Shown here: one piece after another, positions 53,701 to 64,000 of the stretch
How the letters are laid out: every line of letters starts with the position of its first letter
How positions within the stretch are numbered: the stretch's first letter is position 1
Source of the DNA: Camelus ferus
Taxonomy: Eukaryota
Assembly (NCBI RefSeq): GCF_009834535.1
Contig: NC_045697.1
Location: 120,530,001 to 120,594,000, forward strand
DNA length: 64,000 bases
Reading direction: 5' to 3'
Made by a program: the position numbers and the translations under genes
The notes under the pieces: model-generated
What the model was told of the DNA's origin: nothing
The model's input: only the letters and a program-made list of their open reading frames with translations
The model's database searches: none

Positions 53701-56700
53701 GAATCAATTTCTCAGATTTCGAAGTGTTTTTCTAATGCCAGTTTTGAAAATGAGGCAGATTTCGCAGATAAATGCTTTTGGAGCGAGTTCTACCTAATAC
53801 ATGTGTAATTTTCAAGGTTTCTATTACCGTGATAGTCTGTGTTCCGAACACATTACATGGATCACGGATTCGACAAACATTGATTAATGAGTTGGGAACG
53901 TGTTGATTACCGAACATTCATCCAAAAAACACGGCATATTTACACCTAGAAATTTTTCTCTGTGTTTGCAGATTTGTCCGAACGCCAGTTGCAAAAAACA
54001 GGCAGTTTTCACAGAAAAATTCTCTTCGAGCGTGTTCTATCAGACAGACATGAAATTTACAATGTTTCACCTACCATGACATTCCCTGTTCAGAACACGC
54101 TCTATGCATATTGGATGTATAAAACATTCATTACTGATTAGAGAGCATGTGGATTTCCGAAATTTAATCCACCATACAAGGCATATTTACACCTAGAAAT
54201 ATTTACTCTGCTTTCACAGCTTTTTCCTAACTTCAGGTTTTAAAATCATGAAGTTTTCTCAGAAAAAAACCTCTTCAAGCGAGTTCTATCCAGAGGAATT
54301 GTAATTTAAGCAGTTTCCCTCAAAGCGACTTTCCAGTTTCTGAACATGCTACATGCATCACGGATTTGACAAACGTTAATTACTCAGTTGTGTGCATGTG
54401 GATTACAGAACTTTCATCCACCATATGAGACATATATACACCTAGAAATATTTACTCTGATTTCACTACTTTTTCCTACCGTCTGTTTTGAAAATCATGA
54501 TGTTTTTGCAGAAGTAATCTCTGCAAGCGTGTTCGACCCATTAGAATTGTAATTTCAATAGTTCCCCATAAAGTGACTTTCCATGGTCCGAACATGCTAA
54601 ATTCATCACGGATTTGACAAACATTCGTTACTCAGTTGTGTGCATGTAGATTACAGAATTTTCATCCACCATATAAGGCATATATAAACCTAGAAAACAT
54701 TATTCTGAGTTCACAGCTTTTTCTTAATGGCAGTTTAGAATATCTGGCAACTATAGCAGGATAAATCTCTTGTAGCATGTTCTAAACATTGGACATATAA
54801 TTTACATAGAGTCCCTCGCCGTGAAATTCCGTGCTTCAATCTTGCTACTTGCAACGCAGTTCGACAATTATTCACTGCTGTGTTGTTAGCATGTGGATTA
54901 CTGAACTTTCATCTACCATAAAATGTGTATATACAGCTAGAAACATGTAGAAAGTATATGCAGATTTTTCCTAACTTCAGTTTCTGAAATCAGGCTGTTT
55001 TCACAGAAATATACTCTTGGAACTTGTTCCAAACAATAGACATGTAATTTACATAGATTTGCTCATCGTCAAATTCTGTGTTCTGAAAAAACTGCATGCA
55101 TCACGGTTTCAAAAAATATTCACTACAGATTTGTTAGCATGTGTATTTCTGAACTTTCATCACCATAATAGTCATATTGGCACTTAGAAGCATTTTCTCA
55201 AAATTCGAATTTTTTCCTAATGCCAGTTTGGAAAATGAGGCAGATTTCACAGACAAATGCTTTTGGAGCAAGTTCTACCAAGTGGACATGTAATTTAAAT
55301 GCTTTCACTCACCGTGACATTGCATGTTCCGAACACGCTACATGCATCACTGATTCGACAAACATTATTTATTGAGTTGTGAACGTGTTTATTACCAAAC
55401 TTTCATCCACCATACAAGTCATATTGACACTTAGAAGCATTTTCTCAGATTTTGAAGTGTTTTCCTAATGTCAGATTTGAAAATGAGGCAGATTTCACAG
55501 AATAATGCTTTTGGAACGATTTCTACCCAATACACATGTAATTTACAAAGTTTCTATCACCGTGATATTCTGTGTTCCAAACACGCTACATGGATCACGG
55601 ATTGGACAAACATTTTTTAATGAGCTCTCAACATGTGGAATTACCAAACTTTCATCCACCAAACACTGAATATTTACACCTAGACATTTTTCTCTGTGTT
55701 CGCAGATTTGTCCTAATGCCACTTGCAAAATACAGGCAGTTTTCACAGAAAAATTCTCTTCGATCGTGTTCTATCCAATAGACATGAAATTTACATTGTT
55801 TCACTTACCATGACATTCCGTGTTCATAACACGCTACATGCATATTGGATTATGATATCATTCATTACTGAGTTGTGAGCATGTGGATTTCTGAACTTTC
55901 CACCACCATACAAGGTATATTTACACCTAGAAATATTTACTATGCTTTCCCAGCTTTATCCTAACTTCAGTTTGAAAAATCATGAAGTTTTCACAGAAAA
56001 AACCTCTTCATGTGAGTTCTACTCAGTAGAATTGTAATTTAAATATTTTCCCTCAAAGTGACTTTCCATTTTCTGAACACGCTACATGCATCACGGTTTT
56101 GACAAACATTCATTACTCAGTTGTGTGTATGTGGATTACAGAACTTTCATCCACCATACAAGGCATAAATACACCTAGAAATATTTACCCTGATTTCACA
56201 GATTTTTCCTAACTTCAGTCTCGAAAATCATAAAGTTTTCCCAGAAAAAATCTCTGCATGTGAGTTCTACCCATTAGAATTGCAATTTCAATTGTTTCCC
56301 ACAAAGTGACTTTCCGTGGTCCGAACACACTGCATTCATCACGGATTTCACAAACATTCATTAGTCAGTTGTGTGCCTGTGAATTACAGAACTTTCATCC
56401 ACCATATAATGCATATATACACCTTGAAAATATTATTCTGATTTTGCAGCTTTTTCCTATCTGCAGTTTAGAATATCAGGGAATTTTGCAGGATAATTCT
56501 CTTGTAGAGTGTTCTACACAGTAGACATGTAATTTACATAGATCTCCTCGCCGTGACATACCGTACTCCGAACATGCTACATGCACCGCAGTTCGACAAA
56601 TATTAATTGCTGCGTTGTTAGCATGTGGATTAATGTACTTTCATCTACCATACAATGAATATATACAGCTAGAATCATGTACCCAGTATTTGCAGATATT

Positions 56701-59700
56701 CCTTAATGCCAGTTTCAAAAATAAGACAGTTTTCACAGGAAAATCCTCTTGGAGTGAGTTCTATCCAATACACTTGTAATTTACATAGTTTCACTTACCA
56801 TGACATTCCGTGTTCTGAATACATTACATGCATCGCAGATTCTACAACATTCCTTATTGAGTGTAAGCATGTGCTTTACAAACTTTCATCTACCACAGAA
56901 GACATATTTGCACCTAGAAACATTAACTCTGAGTTCGCAGCAATTTCCTAATAGCAGTTTTGAAAATTAGGCATTTTTCTAAGGAAAAAACTGTTGGAGC
57001 GATTTCTACCCACTAGGCATCTAATTTGCATAGATTCCATTGCTGTGAAATTACGTCTTTCGAACACGCTACATGCATAATGGATTCGAAATATATTCAC
57101 TACAAATTTGTTTGCATGTGGATTACTGAACTTTCAGCATAATAAAAGGCATATTGATAGCTAGAAGCATTTTCTCTGATTTCACAGAGGTTTCCAAATG
57201 CCAGTTTAGAAAATGCGGCAGATTTCACAGCAAAAAGCTCTTGGAGCGAGTTCTACCCAAGAGACTTGTAATTTACAAAGATTTGCTCACCGTGAAATTC
57301 CGTGTTCTGAACAGGCTACATGCATCACGGATTCCAGAAATATTAACTACAGAGTTGTTAGCATGTGGATTAGTGTAGTTTTATCCACCATACAAGGCAT
57401 AATGGCCCTTAAAAGCATTTTCTCATTTTTTGAAAGTTTACCTAACGCCAGTTTCGAAAATGAGGAAGTTTTCACCGAAAAATGCTCTTGGAGAGAGTTC
57501 TACACAATAGACATTTAATTTACATAGGTTCGCTCACCGTCAAATTCTGTGTTCCGAGAAAGCTGCTTGCATAACAGTTTCGACAAATATTCACTACAGA
57601 ATTTTTTAGCATGTGGATTACTGAACTTTCATCCACCATACAATTCATATTGACACTTAGAATCAATTTCTCAGATTTCGAAGTGTTTTTCTAATGCCAG
57701 TTTTGAAAATGAGGCAGATTTCGCAGATAAATCTTTTGGAGCGAGTTCTACCTAATACATGTGTAATTTTCAAGGTTTCTATTACCGCGAAAGTCTGTGT
57801 TCCGAACACAATACATGGATCACGGATTCGACAAACATTGATTAATGAGTTGGGAACGTGTTGATTACCGAACATTCATCCAACAAACACGGCATATTTA
57901 CACCTAGAAATTTTTCTCTGTTTTCGCAGATTTGTCCGAATGCCAGTTGCAAAAAACAGGCAGTTTTCACAGAAAAATTCTCTTCTAGCGTGTTCTATCA
58001 GACAGACATGAAATTTACAATGTTTCAACTACCATGACATTCCCTGTTCAGAACACGCTCTATGCATAATGGATTTATAAAACATGCATTACTGATTAGA
58101 GAGCATGTGGATTTCCGAAATTTAATCCACCAAACAAGGCATATTTACACCTAGAAATATTTACTCTGCTTTCACAGCTTTTTACTAACTTCAGGTTTTA
58201 AAATCATGAAGTTTTCTCAGGAAAAAACCTCTTCATGCGAGTTCTACCCGTAGAATTATAATTAAAATGTTTTCCATCAAAGTGACTTTCCATTTTCTGA
58301 ACACGCTAAATGAATCACGGATTTGACAAACATTCATTACTCAGTTGTGTGCATTTGGATTACAGAACTTTCTTCCACCATACAAGGCATAAATACACCT
58401 AGAAATATTTACCATGATTTCACAGATTTTTCCTAACGTCAGTCTCCAAAATCATAAAGTTTTCACAGAAAATATCTCTGCATGTGTGTTCTAACCATTA
58501 GAATTGCAATTTCAATTATTTCCCACAAAGTGACTTTCTGTGGTTGGAAAACACTGCATTCATCAAGGATTTGACAAACATTCATTAGTCAGTTGTGTGC
58601 CTGTGAATTACAGAACTTTCATCCACCATATAATGCATATATACACCTTGAAAATATTATTCTGATTTTGCAGCTTTTTCCTGAATGCAGTTTAGAATAT
58701 CAGGCAACTTTGCAGGATAATTCCCTTGTAGAGTGTTCTACACAGTAGACATGTAATTTACATAGATCTCCTCGCCGTAACATACCGTGCTCCGTACATG
58801 CTACATGTACCGCAGTTTGACAAATATTAAGTGCTGAGTTGTTAGCATGTGGATTAATGTACTTTCATCTACCATACAAAGTTTATATACAGCTAGAAGC
58901 ATGTACTCAGTATTTGAAGATATTTCTTAATGCCAGTTTCGATAATAAGGCAGTTTTCACAGAAAAATCCCCTTGGAGTGAGTTCTATCCAATACACTTG
59001 TAATTTACATAGTTTCACTTACCATGACATTCCGTGTTCTGAATACATTACATGCATCACAGTTTCTACAACATTCTATATTGAGTGTAAGCATGTGCAT
59101 TACAAACTTTCATCTACCACAGAAGACATATTTGCACCTAGAAACATTAACTATGAGTTCGCAGCAATTTCCTAATAGCAGTTTTGAAAATTAGGCATTT
59201 TTCTAAGGAAAAAACTGTTGGAGCGATTTCTACCCACTAGGCATGTAATTTACAGAGATTCCATTGCTGTGAAATTACGTTTTTCGAACACGCTACATGC
59301 ATAACGGAATCGACATATATTCACTACAAATGTGTTGCATGTGGATTACCGAACTTTCAGCATAATAAAAGGCATATTGACACTTAGAAGCATTTTCTCT
59401 GATTTCACAGAAAGTTTCCAAACGCCAGTTTAGAAAATGCAGCAGATTTCGCAGCAGAAAGCTCTGGAGCGAGTTCTACCCAAGAGACATTTAATTTACA
59501 AAGATTCGCTCACCGTGAAATCCCGTGTTCTGAACAGCTACATGCATCTCGGATTCCACAAATATTAACTACAGAGTTGTTAGCATTTGATTACTATAAT
59601 TTTATCCATCATACAAGGCATAAATACACCTAGAAATATTTACCCTGATTTCAAAGATTTTTCTAACGTCAGTCTCGAAAATCATAAAGGTTTCCCAGAA

Positions 59701-62700
59701 AATATCTCTGCATGTGTGTTCTACCCATTAGAAATTTCAATTTCAATTGTTTCCCACAAAGTGACTTTCCGTTGTCCGAACACACTGCATTCATCAGGGT
59801 TTTGACAAGCATTCATTAGTCAGTTGTGTGCCTGTGAATTACATAACTTTCATCCGCCATTTAATGCATATATACACCTTGAAAATATTATTCTGATTTT
59901 GCAGCTTTTTCCTATCTGCAGTTTAGAATATCAGCATCTTTGCAGGATAATTCTCTTAAAGAGTGTTCTACACAGCTGACATGTAATTTACATAGATCTC
60001 CCTCGCCGTTACATACCGTGCTCCTAACATGCTACATGCACCGCAGTTTCACAAATATTAAGTGCTGATTGTTAGCCATGTGGATTAATGTACTTTCATC
60101 TACCATAACAATGTTTATATACAGCTAGAAGCATGTACCAGTATTGCAGATATTTCTTAATGCCAGTTTCGATGAATAAGGCAGTTTTCCACAGAAAAAA
60201 TACTCTTGGAGTGAGTTCCTATACAATACACTTGTAATTTCATAGTTTCACTTACCATGACATTCCGTGTTCTGAATATATTACATGCATCACAGTTTCT
60301 ACAGACATCCTATATTGAGTGTAGGCATGTTGCAATTACAAATTTTCATCTACCACAGAAGACATATTTGCACCTAGAAACATTATCTATGAGTTCGCAG
60401 CATTTCCTAATAGCAGTTTTGAAAATTAAGCATTTTCTAAGGAAAAAACTGTTGGAGCGATTTCTACCCACTATGCATGTAATTTACAGAGATTCCATTG
60501 CTGTGAAATTAACGTCTTTTGAACACGCTACATGCATAACGGATTCGACATATATTCACTACAAATGTGTTTGGCATGTGGATTAACGAACTTTCAGCAT
60601 AATAAAAGGCATATTGATACTTAGAAGCATTTTCTCTGATTTCACAGAGGTTTCCAAACGCCAGTTTAGAAAATGCAGCAGATTTCGTAGCAGAAAGCTT
60701 TTGGAGCGTGTTCTACCCAAGAGACTTGTAATTTACAAAGATTCGCTCACCGTGAAATCCCGTGTTCTGAACATGCTACATGCATCTCGGATTCCACAAA
60801 TATTAACTACAGAGTTGTTAGCATGTTGATTACTATAATTTTATCCATCATACAAGGCATAACTACACCTAGAAATATTACCCTGATTTCAAGATTTTTC
60901 CTAACGGCAGTCTCGAAATCATAAAGGTTTCCCAGAAATATCTCTGCATGTGTGTTCTACCCATTAGAATTTCAATTTCAATTGTGTTCCCACAAAGTGG
61001 ACTTTCCGTTGTCCGAACACACTGCATTCATCACGGATTTGACAAGCTTCATTAGTCAGTTGTGTGCCTGTGAATTACATACTTAATTTCTCCGCCATTT
61101 AATGCATATATACACCTTGAAATATTATTCTGATTTCAGCTTTTTCCTATCTGCAGTTTAGAATATCAGGCATCTTGCAGGATAATTCTCTTAAAGAGTG
61201 TTCTACACAGCTGACATGTAATTTACATAGATCTCTCCTCGCGTTACATACCGTGCTCCTAACATGCTACATGCACCGCAGTTTGACAATATAATTGCTG
61301 AGTTGTTAGCATGTGGATAATGTACTTTCATCTACCATACAATGTTTATATACAGCTAGAAGCATGTACTCAGTATTTGCAGATATTTTTTAATGCCAGT
61401 TTCGATAATAAGGCAGTTTTCACAGAAAAATCCTCTTGGAGTGAGTTCTATACAATACACTTGTAATTTACATAGTTTCACTTACCATGACATTCCGTGT
61501 TCTGAATATATTACATGCCACAGTTTCTCAACATCCTATATTGAGTGTAAGCATGTGCATTACAAATTTTCATCTACCACAGAAGGAAACATATTTGCAC
61601 TAGAAACATTAACTATGAGTTCGCAGCAATTCCTAATAGCAGTTTTGAAAATTAAGCATTTTTCTAAGGAAAAAACTGTTGGAGCGATTTCTACCCACTA
61701 GGCATGTAATTTACAGAGATTCCATTGCTGTGAAATTACGTCTTTTGAACACGCTACATGCATAACGGATTCGACATATTTCACTACAAATTGTTTGCAT
61801 GTGGATTAACGAACTTTCAGCATAATAAAGGCATATTGATACGTAGAAGCATTTTCTCTGATTTCACAGAGGTTTCCAAACGCCAGTTTAGAAAATGCAG
61901 CAGATTTCATAGCAGAAAGCTTTTGGAGCGTGTTCTACCCAAGAGACTTGTAATTTACAAGATTCGCTCACCGTGAAATCCCGTGTTCTGAACATGATAC
62001 ATGCATCTCGGATTCCACAAATAATAACTACAGAGTTGTTAGCATGTAGATTACTATAATTTTATCCACCATACAAGGCAAATGTCGCTTACAAGAATTT
62101 TGTCATTTTTTGAAAATTTTTCCAACGCCAATTTGAAAATGAGGCAGTTTTCACCGAAAAATGCTCTAGAGAGAGTTTCCACAGAATAGACTTTTATTTA
62201 CATAGGTTCCCTCACCGTGAAATTCTGTGTTCCGAGAAAGCTGCTTGCATAACACTGTTTCGACAATTATCCACTACAGAATTTTTAGCATGTGGATTAC
62301 TGAACTTTCATCCACCATACAATTCATATTGACACTTAGAATCAATTTCTCATATTCGAAGTGTTTTCCTAATGCAGTGTTGAAAATGAGGCAGATTTCG
62401 CAGATAAATGCTTTTGGAGCGAGTTCTACTAATACAATGTGTAATTTTCAAGGTTTCTTTTACCGTGATAGTCTGTGTTCCGAACACATTACAGGATCAC
62501 GGATTTGACACATTGATTAATGAGTTGGGAACGTGTTGATTACCGAACATTCATCCAAAAACACGGCATATTTACACCTAGAAATTTTTTCTCTGTGGTT
62601 GCAGATTTGTCCGAATGCCAGTTGCAAAAAACAGGCAGTTTTCACAGAAAATTCTCTTCGAGCGTGTTCTATCAGACAGACATGAAAGTTACCAAGTTTC

Positions 62701-62707
62701 ACTACCA
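38775..62707 (+). repeat. Same satellite, contig 2, ~2 copies of a 46-monomer (~11.38 kb) super-HOR (A-P, A-N | F-J | F-P)
   Basis: Monomer A at ~39561, 43514, 50931 and 54889. Monomer-H ORF starts at 45329, 47555, 48789, 52747, 56706 and 58930 give spacings of 2226, 1234, 3958, 3959 and 2224 bp; 45329 to 56706 is 11377 bp. Confidence 0.9.
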
Positions 62708-62807
62708 NNNNNNNNNNNNNNNNNNNNNNNNNNNNNNNNNNNNNNNNNNNNNNNNNNNNNNNNNNNNNNNNNNNNNNNNNNNNNNNNNNNNNNNNNNNNN
62801 NNNNNNN
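62708..62807. other. Assembly gap (100 N)
   Basis: Run of exactly 100 N. Confidence 0.99.
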
Positions 62808-64000
62808 ATATATGTCTTATAAGGTGGATGAAAGTACTGTAATCCACAGGCACACAACTGAGTAATTAACGTTTGTCAAAACCGTGATGCATGTAGAATG
62901 TTCAGAAAACGGAAAGTCGCTTTGAGGGAAACTGCTTAAATTAAAATTCCTCTGGTTAGAACTCGCTTGAAGAGGTTTTTTCCTGAGAAAACTTCATGAT
63001 TTTAAAACCTGAAGTTAGGAAAAAGCTGTGAAAGCAGAGTAAATAATTCTAGGTGTAAATATGCCTTGTATGGTGGATTAAATTTCGGAAATCCACATGC
63101 TCTCTAATCAGTAATGAATGTTTTATAAATCCATTATGCATATAGCTTGTTCTGAACAAGGAATGTCATGGTAATTGAAACATTGTAAATTTCATGTCTG
63201 TCTGATAGAACACGCTCGAAGAGAATTTTTCTGTGAATACTGCCTGTTTTTTGCAACTGGCATTCGGACAAATCTGCAAACACAGAGAAAAATTTCTAGG
63301 TGTAAATATGCCGTGTTTGTTGGATGAATGTTCGGTAATCAACACGTTCCCAACTCATTAATCAATGTTTGTCGAATCCGTGATCCATGTAATGTGTTCG
63401 GAACACAGACTATCACGGTAATAGAAACCTTGCAAATTACACATGTATTAGGTAGAACTCGCTCCAAAAACATTTATCTGCGAAATCTGCCTCATTTTCA
63501 AAACTGGCATTAGAAAAACACTTCGAAATCTGAGAAAATGATTCTAAGTGTCAATATGAATTGCATGGTGGATGAAAGTTCAGTAATCCACATGCTAAAA
63601 AATTCTGTGGAGAATATATGTCGAAACTGTTATGCATGCAGCTTTCTCGGAACCCAGAATTTGACGGTGAGCGAACCTATGTAAATTAAATGTCTATTGT
63701 GTAGAACTCTCTCCAAGAGCATTTTTCCGTGAAAACTGCCTCATTTTCGAAACTGGCGTTAGGAAAAACTTTCAAAAAATTAGAAAATGCTTGTAAGCGC
63801 CATTATGCCTTGTATGGTGGATGAAAGTTCTGTAATCCACATGCACACAACTGAGTAATGAATGTTTGTCAAATCCGTGATGCATGTAGCGTGTTTAGAA
63901 AATTGAAAGTCACTTTCAGGGAAACTATTTAAATTATAATTCTACTGAGTAGAACTCGCATGAAGAGTCTTTTTCTGCGATAACTTCATGATTTTTGAAA
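62808..64000 (-). repeat. Same satellite in reverse orientation (minus-strand order E-K-L-M-N-O)
   Basis: Contains the reverse complement of the anchor (TGGTGGATGAAAGTTC.GTAATCCACATGC). The MFGNQHVP... ORF that is on the minus strand elsewhere is on the plus strand here (63328-63513). Confidence 0.95.

Noticed and set aside
6470..62707. CRISPR-like repeat-spacer array
   Set aside because: The sequence between conserved anchors is itself homologous and repeated rather than unique spacers, there are no cas genes, and the context is mammalian.
6470..62707. Canonical CENP-B box (TTCGnnnnAnnCGGG)
   Set aside because: The TTCG and CCCG sites I inspected by eye (TTCGACAAA, TTCGCAGCAG, CCCGTGTTCTGAA) do not complete the motif on either strand. 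A formal motif scan is needed to confirm absence.
6470..64000. Dozens of recurring 60-135 aa ORFs (MPVSIIRQFSQK..., MHNGFDIYSLQ..., MQQISQQKALG...) suggesting a tandem gene family
   Set aside because: They recur exactly with the satellite period, overlap in several frames, and are opened or closed by random indels. I recognise no protein domain or exon structure in them.
1..64000. Species or named satellite-family assignment
   Set aside because: The LTR resemblance hints at a cetartiodactyl, but I cannot match the 247-bp monomer to a named family from memory. A database search is required.

Overview
Mammalian (eukaryotic) genomic DNA with no supportable protein-coding gene. Positions 1-6369 are non-satellite sequence ending in a decayed class I (ERV1-type) endogenous retrovirus. 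It has a MER34/LTR39-like 5' LTR, a degenerate tRNA-Arg primer-binding site, a nested MER41-like solo LTR carrying GAS and YY1 motifs, a gag-matrix remnant and an AT-rich internal region. The MER41-like LTR resembles cetartiodactyl copies (recalled from memory, not searched). After a 100-N gap, about 57 kb (6470-64000, interrupted by two more 100-N gaps) is one AT-rich satellite with a ~247-248 bp monomer. I can distinguish 16 monomer types (my labels A-P) forming a ~3.96 kb higher-order repeat (HOR). Derived 5-mer (~1.23 kb) and 9-mer (~2.23 kb) loops are combined with it into third-level units: a 44-monomer ~10.88 kb unit in the first satellite contig and a 46-monomer ~11.38 kb unit in the second. 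The 5-mer loop junction sits in a 19-nt identity shared by monomers F and K. The inverted last contig carries the reciprocal deletion junction at the same 19 nt. All satellite ORFs are artefacts of the repeat. Monomer boundaries were read by eye and are approximate.
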